Source: Amoebophrya sp. A120
Taxonomy: Eukaryota > Protista > Dinoflagellata
Reading direction: 5' to 3'
Length of the DNA stretch: 64,000 bases
Assembly: GCA_905178155.1 (NCBI GenBank)
Contig: CAJINV010000020.1
Span: 868,001-932,000, forward strand
Positions 1 to 11,981 of the stretch are shown one piece after another. The notes beneath the pieces are model-generated. The model was not told the origin of the DNA, did not search any database, and worked only from the letters and a program-made list of their open reading frames with translations. The stretch's first letter is position 1, and every line of letters begins with the position of its first letter. A program made the translations under genes and the position numbers.

Positions 1-167
1 CCACAGAAAAAGACCGACAGGTCATATTTGTAATGCAAAAATAAATACACAGGAAAATCTGTCATGGGCGAGGCCATAACATCCTGTTTAGGGCATGCAA
101 TACAGATTTTTTTGTCTATTTATTTTGGCATTACAAATATGACCTGTCGGTCTTTTTCTGGGGGATA
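1..167. mobile_element. Introner-like insert (left end cut by window)
   Basis: Perfect 32-bp IR 4-35/129-160; ends GGGGATA. Confidence 0.85.
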
Positions 168-1675
168 ATAGAACTCCCCCCCGCCTTGCAAGTCGAACCC
201 GTGCGCTACCCTGTGCAAAAGTATCGTACTCGTATAAATGCAAATACTGCATTACAAATCTTGTTCCCAAGGCAAATCTGCATTACAAATTTCATTTCTC
301 ATGCTGAGGAAATTTGTCATGCGATTTATACTAGTACGAGGATGCTTTTGCATTTCATATGCGCGGTCCGTCGACGATGCGCGGATCCGCGCAGGCTTTG
401 TGGGCCAAACCGCAGAAGCGAAAGGACGGCAAGAAGCAGTTTCTGTACCACTTTCCGTCACATTGGTACCTGCAATGGACCGGGGTTCACCAGATTGTGG
501 TGTTCTCCCGCCCACTGTCGGATTCCTTCTGGTGCACCTTCTGGGGCGCGAACTTGTTTTGCGTGTTGCTGCTGTTGCTGATTTCGTGTGTGGTCTACGC
601 CTCGGGGCAGGGCTTGTATTGCTGTTTTCGCAGGGCGGGATTGTTAGACGAGACTGGCAGTTATAGTACTAGCAGGAGTGGCAGCCATAGAAGTGCTACC
701 AGGAGCAGAAGAAACAGTGGAGGTGCTGGATTCATCATGAACGGAACATCAAATGGGAACGGCGCAACAGGAGGTGGAGCAACAGCTTCCGGACTGGCCG
801 CCGCAGGACATTTTAGCAACGGCTTCGTCTACTACACGGATAGAAATAATTCCTCTCGCGATTATGAGAACACCACCAGTCCGGTAGACGACAGCGACTC
901 CTCCCCGTCTTCACACCGGTTGGCCGGGCGTGCCGTGTCGACCCCGCTTTCTCGGAGTAACAGTAACTCGCTGTACAGCAACAGAACGCCGGGTGGAGAG
1001 GGATCAGTTTACAGTGAGGAAGATTTGGAGGACTGGAGTATCAGCGACGAATTTTCATCCTCAAATAGCTCGTCAACATCTTTGGCGATTGCGTCCGGGG
1101 AAGAGGAGGACCTGGTTTTCGAGAAAGGGGAATTTGAATTAGAGACGGATCAACTTCTTTCTGGAAAAAATGGAGGAACGTCTTGGAGCAGCAGCGGTGC
1201 CGCAAGTAGTAGCAGTTCTAGTAGCGGGGAAGAAAATGAGTATGGCCATCATCTATTTCGGCAAAGACAGGACGCGGAAGCGGAACTCGATCTGAAGTTT
1301 CGTCACGCTGCTGGTGTTCGTCCTGCTGCTCCACCGTTGGCAGCAACATTCCGATCTCCCGGAAGAATATCAGCGCCACATAGCAACAACACAGGCAATA
1401 GCAATACTACAGCTACAGGTCGGAAAACTACTGGCAATATGATGTTTCCTAATCCACTAGACCCGGAGTTCTCACCGATACGGCGAACTTACCACTTCTA
1501 CGACGACAAGGACAACATCGAGGAAAATCAAAATGATGAAAACGGTATGGAGGAGGAGAAATTCTACCTGCTTCAGACACGCGGGCGAGGAAGAATAAAA
1601 AAGGAAAACAGGTCTGATGGCGCTGCAATTTCACCAAATCAAAGACAACACGATGGTGATCGTTTGACTCAATGA
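168..1675 (+). CDS. Hypothetical membrane protein, 5'-partial; exons 168-206 and 365-1675
   Basis: Removing insert 207-359 plus one TGCGC copy joins ..QVEPVR to GPSTMRG.. in frame. Hydrophobic segment WGANLFCVLLLLLISCVVYA, then a Ser/acidic low-complexity tail. Confidence 0.7.
207..359. mobile_element. Introner family A
   Basis: TACCCTGTGCAAAAG..CTTTTGCATTTCATA; TSD TGCGC. Confidence 0.9.
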
Positions 1676-1879
1676 ACAAATAGCAGAGCTGCATGATGTA
1701 AGAAGAACACATCAGAAGATATGAACTGATGTTGTGTGGGAGGAAAGAAATAGAAAAGTAAGCAATTTTGGAGATGATTTATTATTTCTTTGTTGTGTTG
1801 AAATATTCGATAGATCCAGTTCCAGACGCAGCAAAAGCATTACGATCTAGCTACGAACGAAGATCCCCGACCAATTTCC

Positions 1880-3420
1880 TTCATTTCTTTTCGCAAATAT
1901 TAAATATCGATGAATATTACGGGTAAATTTCGAAATCGAAATCTCAGAATGATTGAATCAGAATTCATTGATCGGAATAATTCACAATATCTCATCATTT
2001 TCGGATTATCTTCTGGATTGATTCCTCGATCAAATGTGATGAATTTATAGAAAAAGAGATATTCTGCAGGATGTATCTGAAATTGAATCCTTGAGAGATC
2101 ATATTTTTTTGTAATATCTGAGTTTCAAAGTCATTTTCTCTTCGATCGGAATCTATCTGTTAATATTATGCATGTCCTCCCAATGTAGGATAGATGATGA
2201 TGATGATGATTAATTTTCCATGACATATCTAGATATGAATATTGAATCTGATGAAAAAAAAAAAAGATTGAAGATTGTTATATCCGATCGGATTTCATGA
2301 TAAAATTTTCGAATTTTTTTTTCAAAATGTTCTGAAAATTTTTCATAATGAATTCCCAAATCATAGAAATTCAGAAGATAAACATGGAATATGATCGGAT
2401 ATATCCTGTAGAATACACATCCATAATTTTTTTTTAAAAATTTTCAAAATCTGTAGATCTGGATGTGGATCATCATCATGATGTTTATGATCGAAAATTC
2501 ATATAATAATATGAATCTTTTCGGATTTCAATATTTTCATCTTAGAATATGAATGTCAGGAATCCCATCATTGCAAAATTTTCAATTAATATCGATAAAT
2601 TCATCATGCAAAATTTTTATTTCGACATCCATCGATCAATATCAATCCAGATCCTAGATTCCGAGAAATTAAAAAAAAAAAATTCCAACATAATTTTTGT
2701 CTTAATCAATTTGGATATTTCCTATCCATTCCGAAGAAAGATATTCATATTGATAATCTCATATCGATGATTTTGATCAGAAGAAAACAGAAAAAAAAAT
2801 CAAGAAAGAGAAGAGATAAATAGATTGAACCCATTATATTCCTCTGAATCAAATTCGATGAATATCGATCGAAATAATTCATTATCATTGATATCGAAAT
2901 TTTATCGTCTTGATATTCGTATTCCGATGTGAGTTTCTTTCTTGTTTCTTATTTTCCATGCATGGGCATCGATTTTTCGAGGCCATAAAAGATCCGATGT
3001 GATTTTCGATGTGAATTTTTCATCGATCATTCTTGATCTTGTTGCCTCATCACATGAAACAATAAGATTGATTGATGGAGAAACCGGCGGAATCGCTCGC
3101 AAGAGCTGCTTGGGAATGCCTGGTGGAATTCAAAATCGCATTTATGATTCATTCGCAATGACAACAATTTCAGGCAAAAGATGACTTCGCTTCCCTTCGT
3201 GCCGTTGTTCAAAATATTTTTTCATGATGTTGTGTTACATCTTCCTGGTGACCACTCATATTGTACCTAGAAAAAAAAAAAACTTGAATATCATTCGAAA
3301 ACCACAATTGATATGCATATTTTTGAAACGGAATATATAATTTCACAATCACATGGAAAATCGAAAATTCAGTATGTTTTTTTCGTCGTATTGAATAATC
3401 GAATAAGAGTAGTGTGACTT
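1880..3420. other. AT-rich, GpC-depleted convergent strand-switch region
   Basis: Lies between the + gene stop (1675) and the - gene stop (3434). No GpC seen in 2172-2572 or 2611-2958. Confidence 0.75.
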
Positions 3421-3433
3421 AGTGTTCAGTTTA

Positions 3434-6400
3434 TCATTCATGAGTCTGAGATTCTTCATCCGGTCGATTATCATCTCTCGTCGTCCCGGCCTGGATCGCT
3501 CTCACACACCGGTCGTGATCTTCCGGCGCCCGCACCTCCTCCCCGGTCAACTCGATTCTAATCCGGTAGGGAAACCCCATGTCCCACAACTTCACGACTC
3601 TCCCCTTGAAATAGCTATCCTCCGAAAGGCCCAGCCGGGCTTCCACGCAATCCCCAACCCGAAACCGCAATGTTTTCCCCTTTTGCTCGTTGTACTCATG
3701 AAAGGTCATCTCGGTGGGGATCTCCATCCGGATGCAGAGTAAATACAGAATCGTGGGCATCGCGCGGTCGAGAAATTTTCTCCAGGATTGCGCTTTCGCG
3801 TCTTTTGTAGCAATAGGTTCACAGTTGAACTTCTTCGGTTGTAGTTCGAGTAGTTCGCAACAGTATGGCTCCGGGTTGATCGTATTCCGGAAGGAAACAT
3901 CTTGACTAACCCAGGAGTCGGACAGGAGATGGACCCCGGCAATAATCACATCTTCCAATTCCCGGCGAATGCGAATCACGTCGTGCTGGAAGCCTTCGGA
4001 TTGGTTCAGCGCGGTGAAGGCGGGGAGGATGAACTCTCTGTCTAATCGGTTGGATTTGATGTTTTGCAAGTCCCGCGCCTGCATGCTGGACCCTGCAATG
4101 TCGTAGCACATGGCTCGCATCCCGCACTCACTGCAGACAGGAATGAACTTGAGGTAGCCGAAGGTCTTTTTATCATTATTTGTGGAGCAGGAGCAGGTTG
4201 AGGCTGAGGCTGACGACGTGACCGGGGGCGGCGAAGTCATTGTCGTCTCGTTATTCAAGTTCTGGCAGGAGCTGCCGGTAGTTTCAATGATTTGTTTGCG
4301 GTTCGTGTTCATCTTCTTTGAAGAAGAAGAGTAACTGCAACTACTTTTCATTTTCTCCTCAAAGTACAAATCTTCCTCGAGAAACATGACCCGGTGCTTT
4401 TTTACTTCGAAACTCACAAACCTATTCGCGTACTGGACCAGAAACGAAGAAACACCGTGGTACGCGTAGTCCGACCGCAGGACGTAATTTGTCAATTTTT
4501 CGAAGCACTCCGCAACATGTGTAGCTCGGACGAGAAACGTGAACAACGGAACCCGGATCCTCTGGCGGTTCACCGTGCGGCGTTGCAGTGGATGAATTGC
4601 TTGTGATGTTATTTCATCGTCATCAATATCGCCCGCGTGCTGGTCATTGGCGAGAGAAGATGTTGAGATCATGTTGCCGTCGAGCATCAGCGATCTTGCT
4701 TCCTTCGATGTTCTCGGCTCTGAGGCATTTACGGCTAAGGAAGACGTATCGAAATAATACGGCTCGATTGCGATGTAGGTGTTTCGCAAATTTTGCTGCT
4801 GCGCGTAAGAGTAGGTCGTGCCAGAATTACTGTGATAGCCGGTGCAATTTTTTCTGTGCTTCAGCAACATCGTCCCGGAGGACGACGACGACGAAGCTGT
4901 TCCTGTTCTTGACTCAGGCAAAAAGTCCGCAGCAGCGGTCGGCATCACGAGGTTGGTCAAAAAGTTGCGAAACCGGTGGGCGCAACTGATATCCTGCGGC
5001 TCATGGAAAGTAACCCATGCGTTCTTCAGATCAAAACCAAAGCGGGCCGCGTCTTGCTGGACTGTGGAAAAGGCGAGACGTTGCTGTTGCTTGTTCATCT
5101 TCGAGGGTGGAGAATTTATTTTCGACTTGCTCTTGCTGCTACTGGTCGTGCCTTGGTTCTTTCTGGTCGTGTACCTGTCACAGCACTTGGTTTTGGTTTC
5201 CTCGTTCTGAACATCAGCCTCGGACTCATCCTCCTCGTCGCTTCCCATTCTTATTCCCGCCTCCCGGGCATCGGCATCTTCAATATCATCATCAACATCT
5301 TCTCCTTGTCCACCAGAAAGATCATCATCTGCGTCCTCCTCTACCTCCACATCTCCTTCCGCCCCCAACTTCTGCAAAATTTTCTCCACCTCCGGCGGTG
5401 GCATGACCGCTCCGCAGCTGCACACCGGTCGGCTTTGTTCGAAGAAGACTTGTTAAGACTTGAAAGTGCTGCGCGAGAATCCCCTTCTGATACCTTATCA
5501 CCTGGTAATTCTCCTGGTTCTCGAACTCTTCCCGCATCAGATCGGCCACGATCTCGGGCCAATCTTCGTCGTCCGTATCCACGTCTTCGGTTTCCACCGG
5601 CAAATAGTTGACTTCCTCGATCTGCTCCTCCGCTTGCATATGAAAGCCTCTGGTTGGAAATCCTCAAAGTGGAAATAATTTGCAATGCAAAAAAACGACT
5701 CCAGTTGAAGCGCCATTTGTAGTCGGCGCATGACAATAAATTTCCCGGGCACTTACAGCATGTTTGTCATGCAGGTTAAGGCAAAGGGGTGCCCTTCTCT
5801 CATGCTAAGCAGCACTCCAATTCTTCACCCCTAGCAAGACAATAGTCGGCCTCCATTGCGTCCTCTGCAATAGTACAGTCTTTCGTTTCTTGCGTCGCAT
5901 TCCATGCATCACAAATTATTTCCACTTTGAGGATTTCCATTCTGAGGCTGTCATATTGCAGCCCGCGCGTGGACTGGCCGCTACCGTCGCCGGTGTTGTA
6001 GCTGATGCGAATTTGCGGACGCCAGGACCAGGCAAGTTGGTCGTTTAGTGAGGTGCAGCAGCGGAAGAGGTCTTCGCAATCCTCCTGGGTGGCAATGCGG
6101 GCGCTGATGAGCACGTAGACGGGGTGGAGAATTAGTTTGGACCGGCGGATGAAGCAAATTTCGTTCGATTTCGTCAACACACGGACTTTGCAGCGGGGAT
6201 CTGGATCATCAGTTTCATCTTGGCCGTCGGCGGCTTGTTCTGGTGAAGGGGCAGGATTTTCAACTTCGATCGTGAATGGGGTGCTAGTACTAGAGGGACT
6301 ACTGTTCTTTCTTGTCGGATCAGCATCTCCGACGCCACCTGAACCTGCATTTGCTGCGGAACAAGATGTGGATGTTGACGAGGAAGAGGAGGTAGTGGTA

Positions 6401-6621
6401 GATGTAGTTGTAGCCTGGACATGCTTCTTTTCTGTTCTACTTCTTCTTTCTGAAATCGTCAACTCACAAACGACGCCAAATTTTCCGTTCAGGTCGGCCC
6501 GTCCTGTTAGGCCGTGGATCTGCACCAAGCAGCCGTTTGGTGGTGGGTGCGAAGGGACGAGGACGTGTGGTGGATCGTGTTTAGTACGCGAGGAAGAGGA
6601 GGAGGAGGAAAAGTTTGACAT
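3434..6621 (-). CDS. Hypothetical protein with N-terminal VQIHGL..LNGK.GVV motif and a C-terminal SH3/Tudor-like module (LRFRVGDCVEARLG..GFPYRIRI)
   Basis: ORFs 5800-6621, 5325-5639 and 3434-5425 are joined by removing insert 5639-5955 (RGLQ|AEEQ) and a 10-nt duplication at 5445-5462. Confidence 0.6.
5639..5955. mobile_element. Introner family D
   Basis: IR GGAAATCCTCAAAGTGGAAATAATTTG; TSD TTGCA; homologous to 51049-51354. Confidence 0.9.
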
Positions 6622-7028
6622 TTTGGGCTCTTCCTACTTGCGGTGTGTTCTTCAGATAAATTATCGTCCGCTGTTGAATATCAAGTAGCCACACGAGCAG
6701 GACGCATAACTACCTGGAAATACGTTTTCGCGAAGTTGTGGTACCATCCACGGCGCAGCTAGTGGTTCTTGATGTATTTCATCTCTCGCGACGCCTACAA
6801 CAGTGAAAGGTCAACAATAAATTTTTTATAAACATAAACAAGAACTCACACGATCACGACGCGCGTCCACCTGGTGAAGTATAAATGAAAATCAGCCGTG
6901 CAGGAAGTTGTTACTATGGTTGTTGACTGAACACCAAGAACAGAAGAACAACGAACGACACTGTTTGTTGCATGCTAGGCGGAGACCACTTTGAAAAAAA
7001 ATAGAGCATGGGACTCTGCTTCGTTCTT

Positions 7029-10000
7029 TTATTGAAGTGAAGTTATCATGGGGTTGCGTTGCGTGGATTCGGAGGTGTCTGCGCCACCTTTTTTGCCATC
7101 TCTGCTGCCGTCCTTGATATCATCTGCTGGTGACAACTGCAGAACTGGTGAATTTTTCGCAGTTGAAAGAAAAGTGGGACAAAAAGCCCTTTTGCTTTTG
7201 TTTGTAGAACCTGCCAACTTCTTCATCTTTTTCCCCTTGTCAAATTCCTGCATCTCTTTCACCGTTATGTCCATTCGCTCTCGCACCGAGTCCGTCAACT
7301 GTCCCACCTCGCGGAGCACTTGCAAAACCTCGACGCAAAATGGCAAGCGGTTTCTCATCAGCTCCTTCTTTCTCTTCGCGCTGACAAGATCTTCAGCAAT
7401 TTCCCGGAACACTGCTGGCTCGTTTAAAGAGACACGCAAGTACGCCTGGAGACACGGGAGCAGGGTGCGGAGGGGTAGGAGATTTTTCTTGCGCTCGTTG
7501 GTCCTTTTGATTTCGGTTTCCGGTCCGTCTCGGTTTGATGTTCCTTCTAGATTTTTGTGTAGCTCCTTAATCTTACTCCCTGGTGGCAATGACTCACCAC
7601 CGTAGTTGTTGCCATCTGCGAGCATCGCAGCCATCGGTCCGGTTTTCTCCAGTGAGAGAACGTTCTGTTTTATCCGGTAGTAGTGACACAGCTTCAGCGT
7701 CAGTGCGTCAAACACATGCGTGTTGGCCATGCCGAGCAGAGAATACGAATGGGCGATGGAAATCAGCTGCGCGGTGGAGCAAGCTCCTGAGGGCTGGTTT
7801 TTCTTCGGGCCGTGAAGAGCTGCAGCTTCTGCTCTTCTCTGAGCAGCACCGTCTTCCATGTCTCTGTCTGTTTCCTCAAAAGTAGACGCAAACAACCTGG
7901 GTACGTTGTAGAAGAACACACCGTGCGAAATTCCCTGCTGCGCGAAGCTCCAGCAGGCGGTGACCACGGTATTTGTGTCGAGGCTCGGGCCTTTCAGCGC
8001 CAAAACGTCCCCGATGTGACGGAACAATGGCTCGACTTGCGGTGGTGGGGATTCGTTCTTGCTTTCGGTTAGTTGCTCTGCTGCTTGTCCCTCTGAGCTA
8101 GTACTCGGTGACAACAAATCTTCAGGTCGAAACCTCGCGTACGCGCGGAGGATGCGGGCCAAAATCTTAGGATCCCACTGATTCCGCTGGTGGGGGAGTT
8201 TGTTGGGGAGCAGTTCGAGAAGCGTGAGAAAAACCTTCTGCACATCCTCAGCAATCGCGATTCCGTCGAAAGGTGTCCTTCGCTTCATACAACTTGGAAG
8301 CGTTTTCTGTCTACCACTACCTGAAGACGATGATGAAGTTGTTGTCCTCGAGTCAATCCAAAATTGCTGAAAAAACGGGGACTGCTCCAAGACCTGCAGC
8401 ACCGTGGCCAGGGCTTTGGGCTCCACAGTCAGCTCTTATGACAGTGCACAACTCCCCCTCCCCCTCGTTTGCATGGCATGAACAGCAATACAAACAACAG
8501 CACACGTGGAATGTGTGCATGACAAATTCATGCGCCTCGTGTAGTACTGTTTGGGCTTCCGGAATCTGTCATGCAGACAGTGCCACAGGGAAGCACTTGG
8601 ATTTGGGTTTGCGCATGACAAATGAGGCGGAGGGAGAGTTGTGCACAGTCATAGCTCTTTACACCTGTGCAGAATCTCCTCCGTGAGCCTTTTCACAAAA
8701 AACTCGTTCTCCCAGTATTTCAACAGCAACACCGAATCCGCGATGGTCGCGATCGTCGTCGTTTCCAGGAGTGGCAGATTCCTCGCCATCGGGCGGATTA
8801 ACGTCGACAGCAAATCTTCGTCGCGGTACTTCAATCGTCCCATGCTGTGGAACACCGTGGCCAAACTTCGACCCAGCTGCCGACCACGATTTCGGTCTTG
8901 TTCGCCGATATTGGTACCGGCTATTGTCGCACCTTTTGTGTAGCTAAACGGAGCGTGCTTGCCTGTCGTGGACCGGGTCGAGAGTATAACCCGCTCAGGT
9001 GTTACAATCTCAAACGTTACACTAGAATATGGAAATCTGTGATGCGAGAGTGCATGATCTAGCCAACTCTCATAGGATTGCGCATGACAAGTTCCGGAGG
9101 CCCAAACCGCACTACAATCTGGCGAAATTTGTATCGCAAAAGGTGGAACGCTGCGCGAGTCTGTCGTGCTCATCATGCAACACAAATTCGAGATTCTATT
9201 GTAACGTTTGAGATTGTAACACCTGAGCAGGTTATAGAGAGGAGTGGCAATTTTTGGCACTCCTCGATGCTCCACTGCTTCGAGGCGATGTTGTTCCGTA
9301 GGACAGATAAGAGCTTGATTGTCGGCTTTGTCACATCAAATTTGGAAAAGACATGCAGAAACTCCGCCAATTGCGTCACGTCCAGCTCGTGCCCGCGCTT
9401 CGCCACCTCCCGGACGGCCAGTTTCAGCAACAGCGGCTTTCTCACGTCTAATTGCGCAAAGGCGGACAGAAATTTGCAAACGTCGTTGGTCTGCATCTGC
9501 GGGAGCAAGATGCACCCCTCCTGCGCGAGCTTGTCCAGCATTTGCTTGTCGCGCAGCCGCAGCTTCGCAAAGGAGAAAACGATGTTCGCCAGGTCCGGCG
9601 GCGTAAACGTGTCCGCCACGTCTTTGGTCCGGGCTGCAATTTTCCGCCACAAAATCGGGTCACGACGCTGCTCCCGGACACAGCGGAAGGCAAAGCGGGC
9701 AAGCGCTTCGCCGCTCATGCGACTCAGGAAGGAGTCGGTCTGGTCTTCTTGGTTTCGATTGCTCCTGTTCTGTCGGGACGACGAAGCGGTGCCTGCTGTG
9801 TTCGAAGCAGCAGCTGCAGCACTGTCGTGACGACCGCGTTTATGATTCCGTTGCTGGGTCCTACTTTTCTCGTCCGTCATAGTCGCTGGGCCAGCGCCGT
9901 GTTTGCGGTTCGCGGGAGTTGCACCAGAGTTCATCCCACGCGCGCGTGCGTCACGCGTATCCAGACCTGCCGAGGATGAGGAACTGGAAGACGAGCTGCC

Positions 10001-10312
10001 ACTAGCACTACTAGCGCTGGACCTCGTCCCTATGTGAGCTGCAGTTCCTGTGGACGATCTTGTTGCCAGCGATGCGAAAGGCCTTGTGGTCGACTGAAGA
10101 ACCGACGATGACGACCCGGTTGATGATGGAACATTGGCGGCATCAGAACCAGTTCCATTTGGTCTCCTCGCCGCAGCAATCCCAATCGGAACAAACGCCG
10201 CAGCTTCACCTGAAGACGCTCGAGGTCGAGGAGGTCGCCGGGCTATCCTCAGGACCAGAACCGAATGATTTCCCCGACGGGGGTGGTGCTGCACCATGCC
10301 ATGCACTATCAT
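7029..10312 (-). CDS. Helical-repeat (HPR/OPR/FASTK-like) probable organellar RNA-binding protein
   Basis: Repeats such as FTPPDLANIVFSFAKL, MQTNDVCKFLSAFAQL, LDTNTVVTACWSFAQQG. Frame is restored across inserts 8985-9236 (PLLS|TRST) and 8437-8653 (CKEL|TVEP). Confidence 0.7.
8437..8653. mobile_element. Introner family C
   Basis: TATGACAGTGCACAACTC..GAGTTGTGCACAGTCATA; TSD GCTCT. Confidence 0.9.
8985..9236. mobile_element. Introner family E
   Basis: ~37-bp IR TATAACC.GCTCAGGTGTTACAATCTCAAACGTTACA; TSD GAGAG. Confidence 0.9.
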
Positions 10313-10925
10313 TATCGACTATCGAACAGCACGACAAAGGCTAAGTCGCTCACAAGATGAAAAGCTCGCCAGTAGAAGCAGTGAACAACGCACCCTCTAG
10401 ATACAATTGATCTCTTCTTTTTCACCGCGCACAGCATGACCTCATCAAATCTTATGATCTTCGAGATCGTGTTCGTGTTGATCCAGTTCGTCCTGAGGCT
10501 GATCTACGGGCGATATCTTTATTCTGTGGGACGTTTGCGTAGTTTTTACTCTTCAGGAAACGAGAAGGACGAGCACGAGGGCACTCTTCCAGGGTGGAAA
10601 AAAGAGAAAAAAAAAACACGATGAATGACGAAAGGACTCTGCTCCTTAGGGAAAATGCACGTCAGCACAATCCATCAACGTGTGCTTTTCTTGTTCGTCG
10701 GGGAGTGGAAACTTCCAAATGAATGACAATGGAGCGCACACGGTGTCCTTTCTTGTTACCGCTTGTTACATTCTGGATGCATTTTTTAGTTGACACTAGA
10801 AATAACTTGACCACACGCGGCTCACGCGTGTAGCTTATTGTACAATTTAGGTGATTTGTGTACCAATCTTTGACGCATACATTTATTCACATGTGTTTTG
10901 AAGACGAAAATAACCCGACTTCATC

Positions 10926-11576
10926 TCATCCGAAGAAACTGTTGAACGCCATGTCGACCGCCCCCTCGATGATATGAACTGCAAAAGTATCGCACTCGTA
11001 GTATTGCAATACAAATTAAGTCAGCATGACAAACGGAATTTGTCATGCTGATTTTGCTTGAAGAAGAAATTTGTCTTGCATGACTGCGATTAGTACGAGT
11101 ACGATACTTTTGCACAGGATAGATGAAGCCGCCGATCAAGTCCTTGTCCAACCCGAGGAGTTCGTTCACTTTCGTCTCAATGTCCCGGTTGGTCGCTTCT
11201 TCCGGCATTTCCTTCAAGGCGTTGTAGAGGGCGTTTTTGAAGTTATCCCCGTCCCCATCCCAAGCCGCGGCCTTCGCGCGAAAGTCGTCCACCAGGGGCT
11301 GACCTGTGATGAATAAAGGGTTTTTCATTTCGATGAATTTCTTGGTGTCCTCGTCTTTATGCCTAATCGTCATCGATCCACAAAGACGATCACGATAGAT
11401 CTACTTCACGAGCAGAAGCTTGTTCGGACGTATAAATAGTTTATACCTTCCGCAAAATCGTGGTCTGGGTCGTAGAAGGCGTAATACAGGTACTGAAACG
11501 CCTCGTCCATGGTAGACGCCTCCTGTTCGATTGCGCTGATCAGCGCGATCGTAGACGCTTTCAAATCTTCAGCCAT
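10926..11576 (-). CDS. Small acidic hypothetical protein
   Basis: MAEDLK..; predicted GT-AG intron 11446-11355. Removing insert 10973-11121 gives ..LIGGFIEGAVDMAFNSFFG*. Confidence 0.6.
10973..11121. mobile_element. Introner family A
   Basis: TATGAACTGCAAAAGTATCG..CGATACTTTTGCACAGGATA; TSD GATGA. Confidence 0.9.
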
Positions 11577-11981
11577 ACTGATACACGATGAGAAACCGCG
11601 ACGAACTATCTGGCCAGCCATCTTCTTCACGATAGATACTTTACACAGAACGAAGGCCCGACTGTGCACGAAGATAATCACCGAATGAAACGACACAGAG
11701 GTCGCAGAGTAACCAAGTACTTATTCCTGCTCGGTCATTTTTGGTTTTTCAAGATTCGCGTCTGCAGTGCCACTGCCACCGAGAAGAGTAGCTAGACCGA
11801 TATACGGAAGGCGCAGCCACCGATTTCAATGGAGAGTAACTGCTTGTGTAATTTTCACCGATCGCTCTGTACTTTTATGAAGAGCCTGAAACAAATACTG
11901 GAATAGACTAAGTACGCTTCTTTACCGAGACTTACTTTCGAATTTCCGCAACACAGGCTTTACAAATGGCACCAATAACGA

